64,000 nt of DNA from Marsupella aquatica (taxonomy: Eukaryota; Plantae; Marchantiophyta). Where the stretch lies: NCBI GenBank assembly GCA_973895155.1, contig OZ316896.1:13248549-13312548 (forward strand). The letters are read 5' to 3'. The position numbers and the translations under genes were made by a program. Below the pieces are notes generated by a model. It saw only the letters and a program-made list of their open reading frames with translations. It had not been told where the DNA came from and made no database searches. Of this stretch, positions 48,340-59,754 are shown one piece after another; positions within the stretch are counted from its first letter, which is position 1; each line of letters begins with the position of its first letter.

Positions 48340-49280
48340 AGTCCTTTTAACAGTCATAGTCTCCATGCATCTTTGCCTTGGTTATCCCGCCAGTGTCTCT
48401 TCCAACCCACTTGTGTTTTTGGGGCGTGGCTCCTGGTGCTGCTGGGCCAGGAGAGTCATGGGAGTGAGAGGACCATCACACATGATGACATACTTGATGT
48501 GGTGGCAGTCATTGCTCGGGGCTCGGGATACCACTTCACTAAGGAGCTACAACATGTGCGTCCACCCAGGGATGCGTTCATGACAGGCAGCCAAGACCTG
48601 CAGTGGGTGGATTTGATCTTTTCTTGGACAGGAGTTCGTGTCCTTTGGGATGTGCACCTTGTTGACTGTGCTGGCGAGAACAATGTTGCAAATTTTGCCC
48701 ATATACTGGGCCGTGCTACAATCAAGGTGGCCTGGCTCAAGGAGGAAGCCAATGCTCCTCATTACCATCAGGATTTCTTCTACCTATTACTTTGGAGGTC
48801 TTTGAAGCTCTTCACCCTATCTTGACAGTTCCTTCCTGACACATGTACTTTATATAGAGCAAAGGCCTCACCCTGTGTTTTTGTCCTCACTGCTCTCTTG
48901 AGATAGCAGGTGTCTATTGCACTAGAGAGGGCTCATGCAGGGGCTCAGACATTCACCATTCTTCACAGGGCCAAGGCTGTTAGTTTTAGGGCCTCTAAAT
49001 TTATTCCTCTTCGTGACCCTCCTATGTGGTTGACCCTCCTATGTGGTTTTACTCAGAACTTTACCAGGCTTTTCAGTTTCTACCTAGTAGGGTTTTAGTT
49101 TGCTACTCTATAGGGTTTTAGTTTGGTGTTTGTAGTTGAGACTCTCAAGCTTATTTGGCTCTATGGTCTTCCTAGGGTTCTCCCCTAGTGTTCTCCCCTT
49201 TATTTGGTCTCCTGTCTTTGAGCTTCCCACTTTGACTTTTTTTATTGGCTTAATAGTGATATATGCATACTTATATATTA
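48340..49280 (+). mobile_element. Decayed 5'-truncated RLE non-LTR retrotransposon (second family)
   Basis: GSERTITHDDILDVVAVIARGSG..E, WVDL, WDV and VSIALERA are colinear with the RLE domain of the 20459 and 40791 elements. The T-rich 3' UTR ends in TATAT. Confidence 0.7.
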
Positions 49281-51646
49281 ACACATGGACCTGAGCCACT
49301 TTTGTTAATAGAAATAAAATTAGTTATGATATTTTTGGGGCAGTATGTTCCCATGTGCTTGACAGGTCATTTCCGTGCCATGCCTTATCCAAGCATGCAA
49401 TAATTCACAAAAGTTGTTTTTACAAACAGAAAAAATTCATTGTAAAATGAAGGAAATCCTGACCACATATCTTAAAAATAGATGGTTCACCTTGAAAGAA
49501 TCTTAAAATAGTAGTAATTTCAAGCCAGATAATTTATTTTAGTCAGTTAAGGCTTGTATCGCTGTCGCTGGCTCCTTAGCCACCTTTTAAAGGGTCACTT
49601 TTATTGGAAAGCTTTTCCTTATTAGCCACCTCTTTTGGGCTCACTTTTATTGGAAACGAGGTGGAGCTCAAAGTTTGTTGGTTTGGTTTGTTGAACCAGG
49701 ATGGCCCACGAATAGACATTGAAATTTGTGCTTTGAATCTGGGCAAATTTCACACTAAAGGTTAAGGAAGCAATGTGTAACAAAACATCTAAGTTGATCA
49801 TATGGTACAATAGCTCTATGGAAAGGGCCCTGAATGAGCTTTTGAACAAACTAAATTTGCTGGATTCCTATCACATTTGGAAGGTTGAGTGCCAAAAGCA
49901 AGATTGGTCTCATGTATTGGATAAGGATGGGCTGGGCACAGGATTACAGGGGCTATAATCCTGTGACCAAAAAGTGAAGAAAAGCTGATCCACAACAGTT
50001 GGGAAGTTTTCTGAGCAATCTGGTATAAAAATAGAGAAATAATTTTGGTAGAAAAAAAAATTGAGGTGAACACTCGGGTGAACATGTTAGATGGGATAAT
50101 TTTCTGACCGTATCACCACATCCACAAGGATTAGGACCTTTTTTTGCAGGTCTATGGAATATTTCTGCTCAAAATCCTGTTTTTCCTGGAGGTATGAAGG
50201 AAGCAGCAATCAATGTTCTCTTTCAGCAGGTCAGGTTGGGTAAGGAAACCAAATTGTGGGAGCAAGGTTCAGTCTAGAACCCCAGCCGAGGCAGTCCTTA
50301 TGGTATGTAATTACAGTCCAGAAAAAAGTTTATCAGTACAACTTTCTGGGCATGAGATTATGGATATAGCAAAGGCCTCCAGAAATCCTTACACACCAAT
50401 TTTTGGTTCCTTACAAAATTTATGATGTTCTTGACTTCTTGGTTTGGTTAGGCTACCAGTCTTGTGCCTTTTCCATGTACCCGTGACTGTCCATCCGGTC
50501 TCCAAATTGACCAGTAACAACAACATAGGAACTAGAAAACACAAAGGAATACAAGCCTGCCCTCCACAAAGAAAGAATATTGTGAGAAAGAAATACACCT
50601 CAACTCAACACATCAAGTGAGGGGCCAAAGGTGGCTAGGGGTATAGTTTTTCTCTGTTTTATGAAGCCAAAAACGGTGGCTGAAATTCTTGACCATAATC
50701 TTCACATTCTATTCAGCTGATATTTATGAAAACTGTCATCGTTTGTTGAAATCCATGCTTTGGCGTTCTTCTCAGTTTTAGTACTGCATTACAGCCTATT
50801 AACACTACCAGTTCTTCTGTGTCCCGCTGGTCTTTGCTGTGGTGACTTGGGACTAAGTGGATGCACTTTTGCTTGTTTGTAAAAAGAAAGGAAACATTTT
50901 CCAGATTTAAAGAGGGGAGGGCAATATTTACTCATGATTCCTTACCCTCTTGACCTCAAAATCTCCACTTATTTTGCTCTGTGACTTTCGAGTGTAGGAG
51001 AAACTCTGTTGTGGTTGTAGATGGCCAATGACGTCAAAAAAGAATATTGCCTAAGGGCGACAACCGTCAGTGTAATGGAGAAAACTTCAACTTTCTCATA
51101 TTTCCAAGATTTTGCAAGTATAGAAGGTGACATTCAGATACATAAGCTAGCATTAGGCAGAAAAAGAATAAATGGTCAAGACTCCCCACCCCGAAGTAGG
51201 CCACACAACCAGCCCATTCTGGCAATTCCTGGGGGAAGGATTTTCAGAAATTTGGATCTGTCTATGTACATAGTGCTTACAAGACTCTGGCCATATAAAA
51301 GAAGAAGAGTCCAAGACCTCTCCCTTTTTGACATTCTTCTCGTTTAGGGTGAGACTCTGCTCCATAATTTCAGGAAAAAGGTACTAAAAATGGAGAAATC
51401 TAGTGAAACCAGGTTTTGTCATGGACACTGGCACTTCAAAATCAACCTGGAGTGCTACGGATGACTCATGCACGTCAACAATGCCTGGAAAAGGTCCATT
51501 GTTCAGGCCATGAACACTTAAGACACCGAATAGTTTTCTAATAGAAGAGGCTTACCATTTATGCAAAGGCGAGATACACGTTACTTTGTCTTCACTACTA
51601 TGATACAGTACTATGCACAGAATGTCCTTGCAATTGAGGAACAGCC

Positions 51647-54600
51647 TCATGATGTGCTGGGCCTGGAGTCATATCCAGGTCTATTTGTTCTGGCAGTAAG
51701 TAATCTATCACTAAGTGTGATACAGTATCTATGAAGAGCAAGAGCGGCTGCAAATGCAACCATGGTAGCAAGTGCCCAACTCACTCTTAACATCAAAATT
51801 GGAGAGCTTCTAAGCCTACCCGCTAACACCTTCACGAGGAACCAGAATCGATGATTATTCATCCTAGACTCTAATAAGTCCCACTGTTCTGTGTTCAAAA
51901 CTTGCTGGATCTCAGACTGCGAAACGTCACGTGTCGTCAGTTCTGTAGTACTCAATAAGGAGTCCATATTCCTCCCTGGACCATATCCAGGTGTTGACAT
52001 GCTTGCCCACTTTGTCCCTACGTGTGTGAAAGTTAATAAGGAGAGGTAGAAGGTTCTGGCCAGTGCAAAGGATACTTTTCTTCGCAAAAACCTCCCCGAT
52101 GGTGAAACAAAAGCACCTGCCAGAGATTTTGTATCTGCTTTCAAAAGAACACGTCTCACGGATGCTCCTTCCCTTGAAAGAGAGAAGGACAGCAGCACAG
52201 ATAGAAGGGAATTCCCATCCAGATCTTTTCTCAGCTGTAGTCCAGGTAGATCCGCGGCAAGCAACTGTCCCGTCCTTTGCATGACACTATGATGCGCACG
52301 TTCGCTAGATTTTGCCATTATATTAGTAATTCTTCCCCATTGAAATTCTCTTTTCTGGGTCAAGACAAGTGATTGAAGGACCTGCCTGCTTGGATGGGAA
52401 TTGTCAGTGAGAAGACGTCTCACCACATACGGATAAGCAGCAGCAAAGACTTTGTAGTCAGGATTAACTGAGACTGCTATACCTTCGAGAGATGCAAGGG
52501 CTCGGAGGACTAATGTATAATAAGCTGGTAGCCGAAAGCGGAATTTCAAAGCAATCTTCCAGAGCTTTCCAGTGACTTGCCCAAATTGTATATCTGGAAC
52601 TCCATTCTTGATCACAGCATCAGGCCCTTGACCAAAAGCTCGTTCCAAAGCCTGCAAAGGGGACCATTCGGCAGAGATTTATCAAAATTTGGTGTTCACA
52701 ATCAACATTTCAGTTCTCATTAGTCGGTCTTGGTTGGGAATGTACTAGCACAGTCACACCTGATGAGGACCAGTTTCCATTGAGCCCCGTGTAACCTTAT
52801 CTGAGAAATGGTGAATAACTAAACTGCAACAAGGGGACTGTGAGGCTAGTTTGATGGTAACGCAAAGATGTAAGAAGACGCAAACAGCCTAAGCCCATAA
52901 AGCAGTTCAACAGCCACAGAAAGAAATATGATCCTGTCGACAGGGATGTCTACATTTCCAAGTAGGCCCTCGCAAGTAAAGCTTCAATTTCACAGGTATA
53001 CACAGATAAAAGGGACCGTTGTTCCAATCTTACCAGGCGCAAGGCAAACCGGTCAGTGGATGGTTTCAGAATATCAAGGTCTCCAAAGTCATTCGCAAGA
53101 CACTGCCATTCGGCATTGACTAGGTGTGCAATTACAGCAAGCATTGCTGCTCGGTGTTTTTCCGTTAGACGAGCGAGGAGCCCACAGTCCAAGTACACCA
53201 AAATACCATCCTTCGTATAAAGCAGATTTCCCGGATGTGGATCTGCGTGCATTACACCAGTTTCCAGTAACTGTACTAAAGAACACTCCACGCCTTTCCT
53301 TACCTGCAGTACACGATTCAGAAGGAAGCAAAGGCTTTAATCAATGCAAAAGTGAGGGAATATGGGCTATCGCAGCTCAATTAAACCAGAAGTTGAGATT
53401 CAGGAAAACGACTTATATTACAACCCATCCAAGCTGTAAGTCTGGCCCACAACTCACCAAATCATCAAGGTAGAGTTTAGCCTGTTGACGGTCTATGCCA
53501 GCAAAGTCTCCACTCAGATTATTTCCTTCAGCAATCAGCTGCAAGTCCACTGGACGATATCCAGTTATCCACTCCATAGTCAAGACTCGTGTTGTGGTCA
53601 AGTGCGGCAGGGTCCTAGGGACTTTCACATATGAAAGGTGTTTGACTGATTCTCCAAATTCAGTTGCATTGGCTGCTTCCAGAATATAATCAAGTTCTCC
53701 AAAGAGGCCGTATCCAAGCTCGTCTGCCAGAACAGATATATCTGAATTCATCCTTGCCAGCTTCCGAATTATCCCCAGCTGCAGAGAAACAAGTGAATAA
53801 AACGTTTGATCTTGCTTCAATGACCTCAGAAATCCAGATAGTAGCCTTTAAAAGAGACTTCACTTCAAAACACATGGAGCCGATGCCCTCAATTTAATCC
53901 TGTATTTCATTCATCGACAATGAAACAGTCCCCTCAAGCAACATGACACCCTCTGCATTATTATAGGTCTGTTCCCTGGCCTGCACCTTCACATGATTTT
54001 CAGCGTCGAGTTGGTCAAGGTGTTAAGGCTTCCTTACCCCAAGCCGGAGGACATAGATGTCCAGGGCTACATCAAAGAGCAAGTCTGGACGCTGTACTTT
54101 CACTGCCACTTCTTCTCCATCCGTAGTGCATCCTCGGTAAACCTGAAATCATGAATTCTATTTATTAAATCATCTTGAAGGCTTCCAGCAGATACAAATT
54201 TCCAGAGAACCCTGTCCCCTCGTGTACAATTTGGTATTCGATCTGCTCATACGTACTCTGCGTATTGAGCTTGGTAAAATTCTTCAATTTAACCTGTAAC
54301 AGAAAATTATGTTTGACGTCGGTTACTTTTCAAGTATCAGTAGTTCCCAAAATGAATATTCCAGGTGATAAGGAAGACGGTGAAAGAATTAGATCCACAC
54401 CACTTTACCTGGCCAAATGATGCTGCAGCGACAGTATCTGTAGCCAGAAATGAGTAAACTTTACTTGCTGGGACTCCTAGTTCCACTTCTATGACAGCCA
54501 TAGCTTCTTCTGTCGGGAAAGGGGGTAAACGATCTTGGAACTCTGATAAAACCTGCATAATTCAGCGGCCGTGATCAGTCATACGTTACAGTAATTCGAT

Positions 54601-56731
54601 CTTCTTTAGTATCATTCATTAATACTTTTTCATGTGCTCAATCTGAACTACCTCGCCATAAGATGGAAGTATACGTACCCTAGCCGTTTCGATTCCAATT
54701 AAGTCGGGTCTGGATGAAAGAGACTGAGCCACTGCAGAAGAAATCACAGAATGCCCCTTCAGTAAGATCTTAGATAATATCCAGTCCTTTTTGACAATGC
54801 TATCAATGCTCTGGTACCGAGAATGAAAATGTAGACGAAGGAACATTTGCTGAGAGAACATTGACCGGGTTTTTGTTATCAACACGAGTCAAGCAGCTAC
54901 TAACCTTCTACCAACTTCACAACACAGATGATGCAAAGCACCCGTACTCAGGATGCACCTTTAATGAAAGTTGGACCAAGCCTGAGTAAAGTTTGTTTCA
55001 GCGCTTCCGCATTCTTTAGGGTTGATTGACTACTCTCAATCTCACCAATCCAACCCATCTGTACTCCAACATTGTCCAGAAATAGCTGAAAAGCAACGCC
55101 ACTGAATGCCGCAGACACCTTGACGAGAAACCCACAAGGAATTAATCTCCATAACCTGCGGTTTGCGTGCTTACATTTGCGTGACGGTGTAATTAATTAT
55201 TGTTACTTTTGACCTTAACCAGTCAACGAAGAAGGTTCTTGCATATGGTACTACAATCAGCTCACTGGCCAACCATACATACCATGGCGCAGGTGGTTTA
55301 GAAGCAATACCTCTAAGAAACGAAAAAGAACGAGATGCGCGCGGTGGTTGAAGTAACTTGCAACGGCTTCAGGATCGTACGATCGTTGTAACGGAATCCG
55401 CCATGTGTTGAGAATTCCTCTAAAATAGTTCCCATAAGACTTTAGAGCTTCAATATCAGCTGCCATAAGGTCCTTACCTGAAAGATCTGAAATGAAGTGA
55501 ATATATATCAGCCCTGTGTCTACAAGTTGAACCAGAGCCTGCGCAAGTTGCAACACCAACTTTCGATCTCTGCTCCATAAACAAAATTAGTGGAGATGCG
55601 GATTCTCTGTTTTAAATCGAAATTCATACCAGAGTATGCAGGTTCTGGCCAAGGACCAGAGGTTTCGCCTGCTATAAAGTTATCCTCCCAGCGCCTCAAA
55701 CGAATTACTTCCTTGAGCTCTTCTTGCACGAAACTTATACCTTCCTGTATGAACTCCACATCTTTCTGGATAATCTTGTCCACACCTGTCATGTTTCCTA
55801 CGGTCTCTGCCCACTTGAACACAGGTTCACCGGCCTGGACTAGACCGTCCTTCAGTCCTGCCAAGTAAGTACCTCCCTCCTTCACCTTTCTCAAATAAGA
55901 ACTCTTGCCGCTCTGTAATTCTGAGCCCAGACGGACTTCGTTATTACGGTGCAATATATGCTTCGAAAATCTTGCTTTGACCTCCTCCGTTGTGAGGGGA
56001 AATTTCTGCAAATTCTTCAGCGCCGAGCTCAAACTTTCCTTTATAATTTCTCCATCTCTAGCTAGTGTTTCAAGGACGACTGTTGCCCGCAGATGCGAGG
56101 TTTCAGTTGGTTCTTGAACAGCTCCATCCCGGTTAGTACCGTTCCTGACCATTGGACCACCAATTCCGTCACTGCCGAGATTCTTACTCATCACTGCTCC
56201 TGCTGCTCCTGTGTCGGCGAGAAGAATCTCTTCCACCCTACTTACACCTTCCCGAATCACCTCCACATCCCTAGCTAGAATATCGAACACCCCTATTCTA
56301 CTGTCCCGCTGCAATGTCCCTATCCCATATCCATCTTCTTCTTTACTGGAGACTGTAATCCTTCCATTCAGGGGCCCCGGGTCCCGTGCCATCTTCAGCT
56401 CGTCTACAGCTGCAGGAACAATGTCCCCCTTCTCATTCTCTATTCCATTCTTGTCTTTAGAAGGTATTAATTGCGAGACTCGTGACTGTGATACACCTGC
56501 TTCGACCCATCTCGGACATTTTCTAGACCACCCAGACGACAGGCTCCGAATCGATATGCTGCTGCTCCAACTCCCACTGGAAAAATTAAATCCGGGAACA
56601 AAGACCGGTCCCCCAATTGGAGCTGCATGTGATGGAAAAACGCCTCCCGTACCCAATTCTCCGCCGTTTCTCGACGTGAAAGGCAGCCCCTGAGACACAA
56701 TTCCCGGTGAGAGTAGCATAGTCTCTGCCAT
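51647..56731 (-). CDS. ABC1K/UbiB (aarF) atypical kinase, At2g39190/ABC1K4-like, probably plastid-targeted, ~1111 aa
   Basis: Exons 56731-55630, 55486-55311, 55118-54959, 54731-54679, 54552-54409, 54142-54038, 53778-53458, 53303-53034, 52651-51647, all GT-AG and in frame. Motifs LGPTFIKVAQSLSSRPDL, AAASFGQVY, VAVKVQRP, ELDY..EA.N, LTMEW, HADPHPGN, DCG. The Ser-rich N-terminus resembles a transit peptide. The subfamily call is from recall. Confidence 0.92.
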
Positions 56732-57177
56732 GGCTGCTGCTACTGCTGCTGCTTTTGGCCTACCTACCCACACCACACCCTCTATGCAATCTCTCCCCCC
56801 ACACCATGAAGTCTTCCCCCGCCCCTGCCCAGACACCAACCAGCTCTCAATCCCAACAACGAAAGATCATCAAATTCTGCATGCATCGTTGTAACTGAGC
56901 CATCTCTGGAGAATTCACCACTGTGGATGCAATCATCTTCAAATCAAACCACACATGAATGACGAATATCTATCTCGTGGGATGAATTGAGAACTCAGGG
57001 ATGAATTGCTTGCTGCGGGTATGGTAGGCAAGGGGTCCGGTACCCAACTCCTACTAGGCCATAATCCATTGCATCGCTCGCATCACAACCATTTTCGAGC
57101 TGCAGCAGCTGTGTTCTCACAAAAGAGAGCTCATCCAGTACTATATAGGAACGAGTGAACTAACGCTGGTGACTCCA

Positions 57178-57510
57178 AACGAGAGAGGCGTATCCATAGT
57201 TGATTAGTAAACCACACACCTGGTGAGTTAAAACGAGAGAGGCCTATCCATAGTTAATTATTAAAGCACTTTGTCACTAAATATGTTTGAATTTATAATA
57301 TTATCATTGTTTAGATGTTTGAATTTATAATAGTACCACTCTTTTAACGAGAGAGGCGTATCCATAGTTGATTATTAAACCACACACCTGGTGAGTTAAA
57401 ACGAGAGAGGCCTATCCATAGTTAATTATTAAAGCACATTGTCACTTATGTTTGGATTTATAATATTATCATTGTTTAGATGTTTGAATTTATAATAGTA
57501 TCACTGTTTT
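57178..57510. repeat. ~168-bp tandem duplication with internal sub-repeats
   Basis: ACGAGAGAGGC(G/C)TATCCATAGTT.ATTA occurs 4 times and TGTTTG.ATTTATAATA 4 times, arranged as two larger units. Confidence 0.85.
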
Positions 57511-57784
57511 TGTTATATTTACAAAAATGCCACAGTTTCTGTATATAGCTCCCCTGGTTATCTTTGGGAACTTGTCATCCATATACAAAACCAGGGCATT
57601 TTGATAAATACATAAAAAACATGGCAGTATTGTCATTTAGAATATCTTTAGTGGCAAAATATTTAAAAGCTGTAATTATTAAACCACAACTGCCCATTCT
57701 TTGCCTTGCTTATTAGGCTCATTGGTGTCCCATGGTGAACACTGTACTCACCATTACAAGTACATTCCTAATGAAAAGCAAACC

Positions 57785-57998
57785 TGCACACTTTATAATG
57801 AGAGTTTGGGGTTACCCATAACTCATAAAGTGCACTTGTGATAAGCATGGAGGGCTTTTTGAAGCCAATGTATTTTTATTCTTCCAAAAGTGTGCACTTT
57901 ATAATGAGAGCTTGGGGTTACCCATAACTCTCATAAGTGCACTTGTAATAAGCATGGAGGGCTTTTCGAAGCCAATGTATTTTTATTCTCCCAAAAGC
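57785..57998. repeat. ~107-bp tandem duplication
   Basis: CACTTTATAATGAGAG.TTGGGGTTACCCATAACTC...GAAGCCAATGTATTTTTATTCT.CCAAAAG x2. Confidence 0.9.
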
Positions 57999-58215
57999 AG
58001 CTTGGAAATGGGGTAAACTAGAGTAATTAGTAATCTCAAGCATGTTTTGGTCTACAGTCTAGACTAAGTGGGAAATGCCCAGCCACCAACAACTTCAATG
58101 AGAGATCCAAACTAAATCTCTCCTTTTATCCCCACCAAGCCATGGAAAATTTAAACCCAGATTCTAGGCCTGCCAAAAGATGCCTCTCACAAGTCAGAAC
58201 CGGAAAGGCAGGGTG

Positions 58216-58351
58216 TGTTGAACATTGACGACAATCGCAATGACAAGCCCATGAACCATCCAATGCACAAAAAGTTGACACACAGAGATACATGGTTCAC
58301 CTCAGCTTGAGGTTACGTCCACGGGAACACACTCAAGCTTTATTACACTCT
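58216..58351. mobile_element. Truncated LTR, same family as 2159-2503
   Basis: TGTTGAACATTGACGA...CCCATGAACCATCCAA...GGTTCACCTC...ACGTCCACGGGAACACAC is colinear with 2159-2293, then ends abruptly. Confidence 0.8.
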
Positions 58352-58359
58352 TTACTCCT

Positions 58360-59118
58360 AACTCCCAAGTGAGTCACAAGGGCCTACCAAAGTAACGTTT
58401 GGCCAAAGTTTTTGTCACACGTGAAGGGGGAGGGGTACAAAACTATGAATGATTTTTAGACTCATAGTAATCAAGTTATGGGCCCCAACTTCCCATGGAC
58501 CCCAACTTCAAGTTCAACATTGAAAGAATGGGCATTCAGCCTTCTATATGTCAATACCTCCCAAGTGAGCAACCAGGGCCTACCAAAGTAGCACTTGGCC
58601 AAATTTCAATCATGCACAAGTTATGGGCCCAAACTCACATGTACCCCGGGTTCAATTTCAACATTGAAAGAATGGGCATTCAGTCTCCTATATGCAAATG
58701 AAGGTCTGAACTCCCAAGTGAGCAACCAGGGCCTAGTAGTGCTCGGCCAAATTTCAATCACGCGTGCAAGGGGGGGTGGAGGGGGGGAGGGGGGGGTGCA
58801 AAACTATGAATGATCTTGGACTCATAGTAATTTATGGGCCCCAAACTCCCATGGACCCAGGCTTCAATTTCAACATTGAAAGAATGGGCTTTGAGGCTCT
58901 TATTTGTAAATGAAGGTCCCAACTCCCAGGTCCTAATAAAGTAGCGTGCGGCCAATTTTTCAGTCACGCGCGAAGGTCCCCAACTCCCAAGTGAGCAACA
59001 AGGGCCTACTAAAGTAGCGTTCGGCCAAATTTTCAGTCTCGCGCGAAGGTCCCAACTCCCAGGCGAGCAACAAGGGCCTTCTAAAGTAGCGCTCTGCCAA
59101 ATATTGAATCACGCGCGA
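58360..59118. repeat. Modular tandem array upstream of TOR
   Basis: Core AACTCCCAAGTGAGCAA.(C/A)AGGGCCTAC.AAAGTAGC..TCGGCCAAATTT..TCACGCG recurs near 58360, 58557, 58709, 58920, 58982 and 59054, with variable add-on modules. Confidence 0.85.
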
Positions 59119-59754
59119 TGGGGGGCGGGGAGGGAGTGGGAGAGTGGGCTGCTCCTTGTTTCTCTGTCAGCTCCACGATCGTGGACCGATCAACTGAGCT
59201 GAGCTGCGGCGACGCAGAAATTCCTCGTCCGCCATCGCTGGCCCAATGTGAAGCTCTCTCGCTGGCGTTCTCTCGACTACAGCGCCAAGCAAAGTAAAGG
59301 AAAGCAGGCGGAGAGGAGAGGAGAGGATTGAGGAGAGGAGAGGAGAGGTGAAAACTAATTAACGTCCTCGTGCTCGACTCCTCCACCTTTCCGACATATT
59401 TCCTCGTACACAATAAGAAGAAAGACGAGCGTTGCTCGCGTTTGTTAAGCTCACTCTCGACCGACGCCTAATGTTGCTGTTGTTGTTGTTTTTGCCCTGG
59501 AGGTGTACTGTGTTGCACTGCTGTAGTGGTCGATGAGCGAAGGAAGAAGAGGAGGAGTGGTTGCTTGCTTGGGAATAAGGCCGTGGTTGACGATCGATCG
59601 AACGAACAACGAACGCAGGAACAATGCGTTGGAGCTGCTCCTCCTCCGCCGGCGTGCTGAATTCCGTGGACGAATGTGTTGCTGCACGGATTGGCTGCTG
59701 CTGTTGCTGCTGCCGTTGCTCCTAAGCTGACGGACAGGGAGCGCAGGGCTTGTT

